From Mobula hypostoma (lineage: Eukaryota): a stretch of DNA of 64,000 nt. Position 1 is the first letter of the stretch; each line of letters begins with the position of its first letter. The notes below the pieces were generated by a model. It made no database searches. It saw only the letters and a program-made list of their open reading frames with translations, and had not been told where the DNA came from. Positions 37,398 through 48,363 of this stretch are shown one piece after another. Made by a program: the position numbers and the translations under genes. The DNA is taken from the NCBI RefSeq assembly GCF_963921235.1, contig NC_086097.1:137022001-137086000 (forward strand). The letters are read 5' to 3'.

Positions 37398-38114
37398 CAG
37401 ATGTAGAGGTTATATCATGAGATCTCGACCTCCCACCATTCTCAGCTGCCTAAATACTCCTTGAGCATTTCCAATCTTTCCCTTGCCAAAGCCATCAGCC
37501 ATTTTTCCTCCGGATCAGAGCAATAGGCAATAGACAATACCCACCAAAGAATCCAGAGAATTGGCCAGGAGACATACAAAAGCAGTGACCAGGAGACCAA
37601 TCTTTAATTCCTGGAGACTCCAAGAGGGTTGGCAGTTCTCATAATTGGAGAAAATCTTTTTTTTTTTGCATGCCATCCAGACAGATCATTCCAGATGTAG
37701 AGATTATATCATGAGATCTCGACCTCCCACCGTTCTCAGCTGCCTAAATACTCCTTGACCATTTCCAATCTTTCCCTTGCTAAAGCCATCAGCCATTTTT
37801 TCTCCAGATCAGAGCAATAGGCAACAGACAATAGTAGGTCATTCGGCCCTTTGAGCCAGCACCACCATTCACTGTGATCATGGCTGATCATCCACAATCA
37901 GTATCCCGTTCCTGCCTTCTCCCCATAACCCTTCACTCCGCTATCTTTAAGAGCTCTAACTCTTTCTTGAAAGAATCAGAGAATTGGCCAGGAGACATAC
38001 AAAAGCAGTGACCAGGAGACCAATCTTTAATTCCTGGAGACTCCAAGAGGGTTGGCAGTTCTCATAATTGGAGAAAATCTTTTTTTTTGCATGCCATCCA
38101 GACAGATCATTCCA
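37398..38114 (+). repeat. Local tandem duplication (period 294 bp); the second unit carries an extra 136-bp CR1 segment
   Basis: cagatgtagag...gacagatcattcc starts at 37398 and again at 37692. Confidence 0.93.
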
Positions 38115-38366
38115 AACACGTGTAAAGAAGTAGCAAAACATTAAAACAGGATGAAGAATATAGGGTCACAATTACAGAGAAAGTAGACATATAAAATGTA
38201 ACAACCATGATGAGGCAGAATGAGAGATTAAGAGTTCACCTCTACCATACATGGAGCTGTTCAAGTCTCAACACAGCAGGACAGAAGTTGTCCTCGAGCT
38301 TGAACATAGAACATAAAATAGTACAGCACAGTACAGGCCCTTCAGCCCACAATGTTGTGCCGACCC

Positions 38367-41300
38367 TCAAACCCTGCCTCCCATATAAGCCCCCACCTTA
38401 GATCCCTCCATATACCTGTCTAGTAGTCTCTTAAACTTCACTAGTGTATCTGCCTCCACCACTGACTCAGGCAGTGCATTCCACGCACCAACCACTCTCT
38501 GAGTAAAAAACCTTCCTCTAATATCCCCCTTGAACTTCCCACCCCTTACCTTAAAGCCATGTCCTCTTGTATTGAGCAATGGTGCCCTGGGGAAGAGGTG
38601 CTGGCTATCCACTCTATCTATTCCTCTTATTATCTTGTACACCTCTATCATGTCTCCTCTCATCCTCCTTCTCTCCAAAGAGTAAAGCCCTAGCTCCCTT
38701 AATCTCTGATCATAATGCATACTTTCTAAACCAGGTAGCATCCTGGTAAATCTCCTCTGTACCCTTTCCAATGCTTCCACATCCTTCGTATAGTGAGGTG
38801 ACCAGAACTGGACACAGTACTCCAAGTGTGGCCTAACCAGAGTTTTATAGAGCTGCATCATTACATCGCGACTCTTAAACTCTATCCCTCGACTTATGAA
38901 AGCTAACACCCCATAAGCTTTCTTAACTACCCTATCCACCTGTGAGGCAACTTTCAGGGATCTGTGGACATGTATCCCGAGATCCCTCTGCTCCTCCACA
39001 CTACCAAGTATCCTGCCATTTACTTTGTACTCTGCCTTGGAGTTTGTCCTTCCAAAGTGTACCACCTCACACTTCTCTGGGTTGAACTCCATCTGCCACT
39101 TCTCAGCCCACTCCTGCATCCTATCAATGTCTCTCTGCAATCTTTGACAATCCTCTACACTATTTACAACACCACCAACCTTTGTATCATCTGCAAACTT
39201 GCCAACCCACCCTTCTACCCCAACATCCAGGTCGTTAATAAAAATCACGAAAAGTAGAGGTCCCAGAACAGATCCTTGTGGGACACCACTAGTCACAATC
39301 CTCCAATCTGAATGTACTCCCTCCACCACCACCCTCTGCCTTCTGCAGGCAAGCCAATTCTGAATCCACCTGGCCAAACTTCCCTGGATCCCATGCCTTC
39401 TAACTTTCTGAATAAGCCTACCATGTGGAACCTTGTCAAATGCCTTACTAAAATCCATATAGATCACATCCAGTGCACTACCCTCATCTATATGCCTGGT
39501 CACCTCCTCAAAGAACTCTATCAGGCTTATTAGGCACGATCTGCCCTTCACAAAGCCATGCTGACTGTCCCTGACCAGACCATGATTCTCTAAATGCCTA
39601 TAGATCCTATCTCTAAGAATCTTTTCCAACAGCTTTCCCACCACAGGCGTAAGACTCACTGGTCTATAATTACCCAGACTATCCCTACTACCTTTTTTGA
39701 ACAAGGGGACAACATTCGCCTCCCTCCAATCCTCCGATACCATTCCCGTGGACAACAAGGACATAAAGATCCTAGCCAGAGGCTCAGCAATCTCTTCTCT
39801 CACCTCATGGAGCAGCCTGGGGAATATTCCGTCAGGCCCCGGGGACTTATCTGTCCTAACGTATTTTAACAACTCCAACACCTCCTCTCCCTTAATATCA
39901 ACATGCTCCAGAACATCAGCCTCACTCATATTGTCCTCATCATCATCAAGTTCCCTCTCATTGGTGAATACCGAAGAGAAGTATTCATTGAGGACCTCGC
40001 TCACTTCCATAGCCTCCAGGCACATCTTCCCACCTTTATCTCTAGTCGGTCCTACCTTCACTCCTGTCATCCTTTTTTTCTTCACATAATTGAAGAATGC
40101 CTTGGGGTTTTCCTTTACCCTACTTGCCAAGGCCTTCTCATGCCCCCTTCTTGCTCTTCTCAGCCCCTTCTTAAGCTCCTTTCTTGCTTCCCTATATTCT
40201 TCAATAGACCCATCTGATCCTTGCTTCCTAAACCTCATGTATGCTGCCTTCTTCCACCTGACTAGATTTTCCACCTCACTTGTCACCCATGGTTCCTTCA
40301 CCCTACCATTCTTTATCTTCTTCACTGGGACAAATTTATCCTTAACATCCCACAAGAGATCTCTAAACATCGACCACATGTCCATAGTACATTTCCCTGC
40401 AAAAACATCATCCCAATTCACACCCGCAAGTTCTAGCCTTATAGCCTCATAATTTGTCTTTCCCCAATTAAAAATTTTCCTGTCTTCTCTGATTCTATCC
40501 TTTTCCATGATAATGCTAAAGGCCAGGAAGCGGTGGTCACTGTCCCCCAGATGCTCACCCACTGAGGGATCTGTGACCTGACTCAGTTCATTACCTAGTA
40601 CTAGATCTAGTATGGCATTCCCTCTGGTCGGCCTGTCCACATACTGTGACAGGAATCCGTCCTGGACACACTTAACAAACTCTGCCCCATCTAAACCCTT
40701 GGAACTAATCAGGTTCCAATCAATAAAGTCACCTATGATAACAACCCTGTTATTTTTGCACCTTTCCAAAATCTGCCTCCCAATCTGCTCCTCTGTATCT
40801 CTGCTGCTACCAGGGGGCCTATAGAATACCTCCAGTAGAGTAACTGCTCCCTTCCTGTTCCTGACTTCCACCCATATTGACTCAAAAGAGGATCCTGCTA
40901 CATTACCCACCCTTTCTGTAGCTGTAATAGTATCCCTGGCCAGTAATGCCAACCCTCCTCCCCTTTTTCCGCCCTCTCTATCCCTTTTAAAGCACTGAAA
41001 TCCAGTGAGAATCCATTCCTGCCCTGGTGCCAGCCAAGTCTCTGTAATGGCCACTACATCATAATTCCATGTATGTATCCAAGCTCTCAGTTCATCACCT
41101 TTGTTCCTGATGCTTCTTGCATTGAGGTACACACATTTCAGCCCTTCTACCTTACTGTCTTTACACCATTTATTCTGCTTCTCTTTCCTCAAAGCCTCTC
41201 TATATGTTAGATCTGGCTTTACTCCATGCACTTCTTTCACTGCTCTATCGCTCTGGGTCCCATCCCCCTTGCAAATTAGTTTAAACCCTCCCGAACCATG
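38367..41300 (-). CDS. CR1 ORF2 (APE endonuclease plus reverse transcriptase); stop-to-stop frame, no AUG before the endonuclease domain
   Basis: Motifs LNARS, ITETWL, YRPP, LDLVL, SDH, KSPGPDG, YRPVSLT, DFSKAFDKV, GVPQGSVLGP, KFADDTK, RPHLEYC. The ORF-track start at 41240 is GTG. Confidence 0.92.
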   Translation of the reverse strand, partial: HGSGGFKLICKGDGTQSDRAVKEVHGVKPDLTYREALRKEKQNKWCKDSKVEGLKCVYLNARSIRNKGDELRAWIHTWNYDVVAITETWLAPGQEWILTGFQCFKRDREGGKRGGGLALLARDTITATERVGNVAGSSFESIWVEVRNRKGAVTLLEVFYRPPGSSRDTEEQIGRQILERCKNNRVVIIGDFIDWNLISSKGLDGAEFVKCVQDGFLSQYVDRPTRGNAILDLVLGNELSQVTDPSVGEHLGDSDHRFLAFSIIMEKDRIREDRKIFNWGKTNYEAIRLELAGVNWDDVFAGKCTMDMWSMFRDLLWDVKDKFVPVKKIKNGRVKEPWVTSEVENLVRWKKAAYMRFRKQGSDGSIEEYREARKELKKGLRRARRGHEKALASRVKENPKAFFNYVKKKRMTGVKVGPTRDKGGKMCLEAMEVSEVLNEYFSSVFTNERELDDDEDNMSEADVLEHVDIKGEEVLELLKYVRTDKSPGPDGIFPRLLHEVREEIAEPLARIFMSLLSTGMVSEDWREANVVPLFKKGSRDSLGNYRPVSLTPVVGKLLEKILRDRIYRHLENHGLVRDSQHGFVKGRSCLISLIEFFEEVTRHIDEGSALDVIYMDFSKAFDKVPHGRLIQKVRRHGIQGSLARWIQNWLACRRQRVVVEGVHSDWRIVTSGVPQGSVLGPLLFVIFINDLDVGVEGWVGKFADDTKVGGVVNSVEDCQRLQRDIDRMQEWAEKWQMEFNPEKCEVVHFGRTNSKAEYKVNGRILGSVEEQRDLGIHVHRSLKVASQVDRVVKKAYGVLAFISRGIEFKSRDVMMQLYKTLVRPHLEYCVQFWSPHYTKDVEALERVQRRFTRMLPGLESMHYDQRLRELGLYSLERRRMRGDMIEVYKIIRGIDRVDSQHLFPRAPLLNTRGHGFKVRGGKFKGDIRGRFFTQRVVGAWNALPESVVEADTLVKFKRLLDRYMEGSKVGAYMGGRV

Positions 41301-42225
41301 CTAGCAAACCTACCTGCAAGGATATTGCTCCCCCTCGAGTTCAGGTGCAACCCATCCAATCTGTACAGGTCCCACCTTCCCCAGAAGAGATCCCAATGAT
41401 CCAAAAATCCAAAACTCCAAAACCCTGCTCCCTACACCAACTCCTCAGCCACACATCCAACTGCCATCTCCTCCAATTCTTACCATCACTGTCACGTAGC
41501 ACTGGTAGCAATCCTGAGAACGCCACCCATGAGGTCCTGTTCTTCAGCCTTCTGCCTAGTTCCCGAAACTCACACTTCAAGACCTCATCCTTCTTCCTGC
41601 CTATGTCATTGGTACCAATATGTATCACGACTTCTGGCTGCTTTCCCTCTCGTACCAGGATGTCGTGCACCCGGTCAGAGACATCCCGGACCCTGGCACC
41701 CGGGAGGCAACAAACCATGCGGGTGTCCTTCTCACGTCCACAAAACCTCCTGTCTGCTCCCCTGACTATAGAGTCTCCAATGACGACAGCTCTCCTCTTC
41801 TCCGTCCCACCCTTCTGCACCACCGGGTCAGACTCAGTGCTGGAGGCCCTGCCACCGTGGCTTACACCTGGTCGGTCGTCCCCACCAACAGTATCCAGGA
41901 TGGTAAACTTATTTTTCAGGGGAATGGCTACAGGGGTGCTCTGCACTACCTGTCTGCTCACCTTTGCTTTCCCCCCTCTGACTGTCACCCAATGACCTGC
42001 TTCCGACAGCCTAGGTGTGACTACCTCCCTGTAGCTCTCATCTATGACTGCCTCATTCTCCCTTACGAGTCGAAGGTCATCCAGCTGCTGCTCCAGATTC
42101 CTGACACGGTCTTCCAGATCGCCCAGCCGTATGCACTGCTGGCAGATGTGACTCTGCGGGAGAGGGGAGTTCCCCCAAGACTGCCACATCTCACATGAGA
42201 GGCACATCACCGTCTCAGGAGACAT
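41276..42225 (-). pseudogene. CR1 ORF1 (CxxC...CxxC zinc finger, leucine zipper, SGNH esterase-like), frameshifted by an 8-nt duplication
   Basis: ATG at 42225. Motifs CLSC...CQQC, GDSIVR, LPGA, HIGTND. TCCAAAAC is duplicated at 41408-41423; removing one copy restores ...LDGLHLN...EGLN* (942 nt). Confidence 0.9.
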
Positions 42226-42809
42226 TGTAAAAACTAACAAGGAACAAGCTCATCCTCTGCCTCTTCTTGTCGAAGCCTCTCGAGTCAAAGCCTCAAAGCT
42301 CCACTCCTTCACTGGCCCACTCACGCACTGGCTGCTTCGATTGAGCTGTCCCTCTATTTATCTGTTTGAGCTTTTCAAAATGTTTGGTCACCTGACTTCG
42401 ACTGCCCAATTAGCTGCTTTCTGCTGAGTCTGAGCTATTCAAATCTCGATTGTCTAATCAACAGCTTTCTGCTGATCTATTCAAATCTTGATTGACTTAA
42501 TTGCGCAGACCAACTGCCAAAACTGCCAGAACCTCTCGAGTCAAAGTCTCAAAGCTCCACTTCTTCACTGGCCCACTCACGCACTAGCCGCTTTCCTGGT
42601 CCTGGTGGTACTCAAGCTATTTTGTACATTTTGCCTGGTGAAGGGGGTGAGAAGAGAGAATGGCCAGGTGGTAGGGCTCTTTGATTATGTCGGTGGCTTC
42701 CCCGAGGCAGTGGGAAGTGCAGAAGGAGTCACTGGAGGAGAAGCCAGTTTTCAGGAAGGTCTGGCTCTGGCTTTGATGAGGAGTTGAAGCTTAGCCATGT
42801 GATACCTAC

Positions 42810-42939
42810 GTGTAGTTGCTGCGCCTCGAAGACCTTCACTTGCAGCCTTTGTGTAAACGGCAAACACTGCAATCTGATACTCCGTCAGGGACATCAGGTT
42901 CTGGAGGACAGCAGTTGACTCTGTCCCATCCACAACCAC
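42810..42939 (-). CDS. COL14A1: COL14A1 exon, FN3-2 second half ([43 protein letters not shown])
   Basis: ttctag|GTG acceptor, C|gtaggt donor, 130 nt, phase 0-1. Confidence 0.95.
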
Positions 42940-43104
42940 CTAGAAGTGAAAGAGAAAGAGAGACGCATGCATTTTATCTGTGCCACCATAATATCATTCC
43001 TGTATTCCTACGCCATGACCATCCAATTCCTCACACTGAGACGTACAGAAGCATTATGGGGCTTGATAAGGTGTATGCAGCACTGTAAAGCTCAGTCAGA
43101 CCTA

Positions 43105-43300
43105 CAGCTGATAGAGCTGCTGCGTTACAACTGAAGCAACCCAGGTTCAACCTGACCTCTGGCACTGTCTGTGTGGAGTTTGCATGCTCACCTCGTCACC
43201 CTGTGGCTTTTCCCCTGGTGTTCCAGTTTCCCCCGCAGGCCAAAGACATGTGGATTGTTGGGCTAATTGGCAGCTACAAATTGCCCCTGGTGTGCAAACG
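43105..43300 (+). mobile_element. V-SINE (HE1-like); further decayed copies at about 4200-4380 (-), 17350-17520 (-) and 21790-21870 (-)
   Basis: tRNA-like box B (ggttcaacc) followed by V-domain-like gtgtggagtttgcatg...ccagtttcc...caaagacatg...taattggc...aaattgcccctggtgtg. Family assignment from memory of the consensus. Confidence 0.7.
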
Positions 43301-44101
43301 AGTGGTGAAACATCCCTACTTTCTTTGAACAAGGATAATATTTAATAAAACCCCTTGCAAGTGGAACTAGGTACAAGCTATATTGAATATGGAACGTAGA
43401 ACATAGAACAGTAAAGCATAGCATAGGCCTTTTGGTCCACAATGTTATGCGAATCAGTACAGACCTACTCTACAATCAATCTCACCCTTTCCTACCTCCT
43501 ACATAGGCCCAGAGCCCAGCATGGATCATGAACAACTTAGATTTACATAGAAACAAGGTACCCCAAAGCAGAGCAATACAGTCAAAGAACAAAATCAAAC
43601 CAGAATCAGTTTGGAATACATTTACAAATTTGATTGAAATTACTTAAAGAAATTATAGAAACTATTGTTGTATTCACTGCAGCCTAGACTTACAAAGGGA
43701 ATTTGACGGCAGTCTTCAAAGCATTAAGGGAAAATCAGTGGAACAGGTGGGAGAGCAGGACTGGGGAACTGCATCTCAGAATTAGAACTAGGCCCTACAG
43801 TTACACAGAGCCTGGTAAATTGGCTCGGGCACCCAGCAGTTGTTTATGGGACACTGGCCTGAAAGACCTCATCAGGTTCAGGGGCCATTACCTGCTCCTG
43901 CCTGATATTGGATTCTGACCCATGGTAACCTTCCCAGAATAAATGAGAGTTAAACTAGCAGCCATTAAAAGCCTGCTATCAGCAGCGGACTCCATACTCT
44001 GACAGGCTGGACAAACCTGGGCTGCTTTCTCTGGAGCAGCAGAAGCTGAAGGCAGATCTGATAGAGGTTTGTAATATCACAAGAAGTGCTGAAGCAGCTA
44101 G

Positions 44102-44325
44102 TATCTGACAGTGGAGGGTGTGCATTTAATGTCCAACAGTGGAGGGTGTGCATTTAATATCCGACAGTGGAGGGTAAGCATTTAATGTCTGACACTGGAG
44201 GGCGTGCACTTCATGTCTGACACTGGAGGGTGTGCATTTAATGTCTGACACTGGAGGGTGTGCATTTAATATCTGACAGTGGAGGGTGTGCATTTAATAT
44301 CTGACAGTGGAGGGTAAACATTTAG
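44102..44325 (+). repeat. Minisatellite, 28-bp unit x about 8, inside a CR1 3' fragment (about 44005-44580)
   Basis: Unit tatctgacagtggagggtgtgcatttaa with period 28. Confidence 0.95.
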
Positions 44326-45041
44326 GTGAGAGGGGTAAATTCAAAGGGGAAGTGAAGGGGAAGTTCTTTTTTAAGAGTGGTGGGTGCCTGGAATGCACTG
44401 CCAGGAATAGTGGTAGAAGCAAATATGAGACTCTTAGAAATGCACTGAAATGTGCAGAGAATGAAGGAATGTGGATATCATATAGACAAAGGGATAGTTA
44501 TGGTTTAATTACTAATTTAGTAAGTTTGACATATCATCATGGGCATTCCTCTGCTGTACCGTTCCACGTTCCATGTTCTAACACAAAATGTACTTTATAG
44601 GTGTGCTCAACCCAATGTGTATAACCACACTAACATAATTAGGCATATTATAATTTCTGATCAACACTACTGCCCTATTTTTCAAACACCTCCCGCTCTG
44701 ATCTACTGTATCATATATATACCCCTGGACACAGCTCCGCTACCTGTACTTATCTCACTGTGTCTCTGATTATGTCTTCTGTATTTTAATCTCTTGCTCA
44801 CCATTCTGCAACTCTTTTCCTCTCACTGCATCACTACTTAATACCCACTTTATCTTAAACATTTGCTAGTTCTGGCAATAGATTGAGCCGAATTGTTAAC
44901 TCTGCTTCTCTCTCTGCCGCCTGACGTGCTCAGTGTTTACAGCTCTTTCTGATTGTGTTTCTGTTCAACAGCATCTGCAGTATTTTGCTTCTTTAATGTC
45001 CTCTGTACCACCTCAAAGTTAGGAGTTTGCAGTTGAAGTAC

Positions 45042-45199
45042 CTCTTCTGGCTGACCTGTGGTGGAGTAATAGACTACGCGATATTTCTCCACGTTCCCCG
45101 GTGCATGTGACCAGCTGACACGGAAACTCCGAGCAGTGATATCAGTGATGACGAGGTCCGTGGGTGCCTCTGGGGCTGAAGTCACGCTTCCCGTTGCTT
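45042..45199 (-). CDS. COL14A1: COL14A1 exon, FN3-2 first half ([53 protein letters not shown])
   Basis: ccttag|AA acceptor, GAG|gtactt donor, 158 nt, phase 1-0. Confidence 0.92.
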
Positions 45200-47843
45200 C
45201 TAAGGACAGTGAGATCAACAAAGGCATTTCTATAGCACTTTACACATCTGCAAGACATCCCAAACCCTTCATATAATAATCAATGCCCACTTCACTGCAG
45301 GAGCCCATATACAGCAACCTGATGATAAGCAGCCAGTCTGGATTCTGTGATGATGTGGGATTAAACTGCACAGACTACTAGGGTTAACTAGGGTCCAGAT
45401 GAAGTATCTTGGCCCGAGACGTCGACTATACATTCTTTTCTATAGATGCTGCCTGCCATGGTGAGTTCCTCCAAAAATCTGCTTGTTACTAGGGGCAACA
45501 GACTTGCTTTTCAAAATGTTAAGAGAGCTGGCACACGAGGGGTGAAAGTTTATTTAACAAGACCTTCATTAAATACATTTTGGAATTGGGGTTGGATAGT
45601 TGCTTTAATTTGAAGAGATCAGCTTGCTTTTCCATGTCAGATTTCACCTCACAGAACCCTAGCTACCAGCTCTACAGCCAGCTGCTTACTAAAGACACGA
45701 AGACATACTTTACCAGTTCAGCCAAGGTATGGTTATCTCGGTAGTCCCGCCCTCTCTATGTAGTGCATTACTCCCAACTGAAGCCCAAGTCTCTGGAGTA
45801 GGGGGTGAACCCTCACCAATGACACTACTGTCGGTGGGTGGCTTGTGGGTGCTGATCAGTCGCATACGGGGGAGAGGTTGGGCTCCTGGTTGAAGTGGTG
45901 CTGCAACCAATCACTCAGCATCAGTAAAACTAAAGAGCTGATTGTTCACTTCAGAAGGGGAAAGTGGGAAAATATGCACCGATTTTCGGGGGGGAAGGGG
46001 GAAATCGGTGGTGGAGAGAATCATCAGCTTTAAAATCCTGGGTATTAACATATCAGATGGCACACCAGTGTCTTCACCTTCACAGAAGTTTGAGGAGGCT
46101 TGGCATGTCAATGAGCACTCAGACAAACTTCTACAGATGTATTGTTGAAAGAATCCTGGTAGGTTGCATCATGACTCCTGAGGTAGTGCGGATGCTGGGA
46201 ATCTAGAGCATTACACCCAATGTGCTGGAGGAGCTCAGCAGGTCAGACAGCATCTTTGAATGGGTATAAACAGCTGACGTTTTCGGCCGAGACCTCTCAT
46301 CATGATCCGGTCGGGCAATTCAAATCAGAATTGTCAATTAAATGGTGACAAAATTCAAAGCTCAAAGTAAAATTTATTATCAGAGTACATACTTGTCACC
46401 ACATACAACCCTGAGATTCTTTTTCCCGCTGGCATACCCAGCAAATCTATAGAATAGTAACTGTAAACAGGATCAATGAACAACAAACTATGCAAATGCA
46501 AATATAAATGAATAGTAATAAATAATGAGAGCATGAAATAACAAAATAAAGAGCCCTTAAAGTGAGATTACTGGTTGAGGGAACATCAGAAATATAATGA
46601 ACGTTCAAGAGCCTGATGGTTGTGGGGTAGTAACTGTTCTCAAATCTGGTGGTGTGAGTCCTGATGCACTTGTACCTTCTACCTGTTGGCAGCAGCGAGA
46701 AAAGAGCACGTCCTTGGTCAGGATCTTTGATGGTGAATGCTGCCTTTCATATAGATGTGCTCAATGGCTTTACCCATGACATACTGGGCTGAATCATTTG
46801 CCTTTTGTAGGATTTTCTGCTCAAAGGCATTGGTGTTCCCATACCAGGCCGTAATGCAGCCAGTCAGCACACTCTCCACCACTCATCTGTAGAAGGTTGT
46901 CAAGGCTTTCGATGACATGCCAAATCTCTGCAGACTCCTTAGGAAGTAGAGGCGCTGCGTGCTTTCTTTGCAATTGCATATATTTGACATTTATATGATG
47001 AGTGCGGGAATCTGGATTTGATTCCTTGTTCAGTCCAAGAAAAGTACAAACTGAGTGTGAGGGGGGTGATACCTGCTGTGCATTATTTTCATCAGCATCT
47101 AGAATGTTCCCCTCAGCCCTTTGCAACATTTACATCAGCAACAGAGATAAATTTCTTTTTAACAAAGCTGTCAGTGTAAGGGAGTGAGAAAGGAATCAGT
47201 GGGTTCCTACCCACAAACTTAAAACTGTGGATAAGATGCAGACAGAGGGAGAGAAGGAAAGAAAGAGGCGGACATTAAACAGAAAGAATGAGAGAAATAC
47301 ACTTTCTTTCATTCAAAACTCACATCAAATAGATGGTTACAGTCACTGAAACTTACAAAAAAAATGGAAAGTGAACTTTTTAAAATTAACATTGGTAAAT
47401 CGGTTTATTATTGAAGCGCAGTGAAAACTTTTGTTTTGCATGCCATCCAGACAGACTCATTTCAACAGCACATTGAAGTAAAACAAGAGAAACGCAGAAT
47501 GCAGAATAACGTGTTACAGTTACAGGGAACGTGCCATATAGGCAGACAGCAAGGTGCAAGGCCATGATGATATAAACTGTGAGTCCAAGAGTCCATTTTA
47601 TTGTACCAGGCGACCATTCGATCGTCTTGTAACGTCAGGATGGAAGCTGTCCTGGATGCATGTACTTCCAAGCTGTTGTACCTCCCACCCAAGGGAAATG
47701 AAGAGAATTTCTGGGGCAGGCGGGGTCTTTGATTATGTACATTCAGCCAATTGATCATTGACTGTCCAGCCAACATTGCAATTATTACCATTGGGGCAGA
47801 ACACTATTACACTGAGGCAGAACACAGATAAACAGTTCCATAC

Positions 47844-48005
47844 CCTTTATCTCTTTATCCTGTTCTTCCACGCGTGCACACACCGTCTTTGTGAGGCTTT
47901 CAATGATCGTGTTCATGATGTTGAAGTCAGCCACGTTGTAAACGTGTGTCTTGTCAGGCTCGGAGGCTATTGCCTTCAGCTCGTTTGCATCTGCGTTTTT
48001 CACAC
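47844..48005 (-). CDS. COL14A1: COL14A1 exon, vWA1 end ([54 protein letters not shown])
   Basis: actag|GT acceptor, G|gtatgg donor, 162 nt, phase 1-1. Confidence 0.95.
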
Positions 48006-48363
48006 CTAGTTTGCAATGGAGACAGTGAAACAAAGCAATGACATTACAACCCAGCGACATTAACAATGCAGCGAGACCTGCAAAGGCCACATTTTCAAAA
48101 GCATCCTTCCACGTGCTATAAATAGTTCTCAATCAAATGGGGAATTATCAACCTAGTAATGATCAAGATGGGCAAAGAGGCTCTTCCTGTTACATGTCTC
48201 CAACACTCTAAATATCCATATCAGCAGAAAAATCTTTCTATGCCTGGAATAACACCACACGAGCAGCTGGCCCACAGCTGGAAGGGTTTCCCAGATAGTC
48301 CCTCAGGACCGGGGAAGGCTGGCTTCCACTCCTGTTCTGTGATGAGTCCAAAGTGGGACCCAT

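Larger units (their letters stand above)
38302..42595 (-). mobile_element. Near full-length CR1-clade LINE (5'UTR, ORF1, ORF2, short 3'UTR with (TTCTATG)n tail)
   Basis: Zinc-finger/SGNH-esterase ORF1, APE-RT ORF2 and a microsatellite tail at about 38302-38318. The flanks are two halves of an older repeat. Confidence 0.95.

Noticed and set aside
38964..40452. Several plus-strand ORFs of 70-130 aa
   Set aside because: Antisense to CR1 ORF2; no independent evidence.
41345..42198. Long plus-strand ORFs (216 aa and 192 aa)
   Set aside because: Antisense shadows of CR1 ORF1 with no recognisable domains.
38302..42595. Currently active autonomous CR1
   Set aside because: ORF1 is frameshifted by an 8-nt duplication and the endonuclease GDxN motif is damaged; no clear TSD found.
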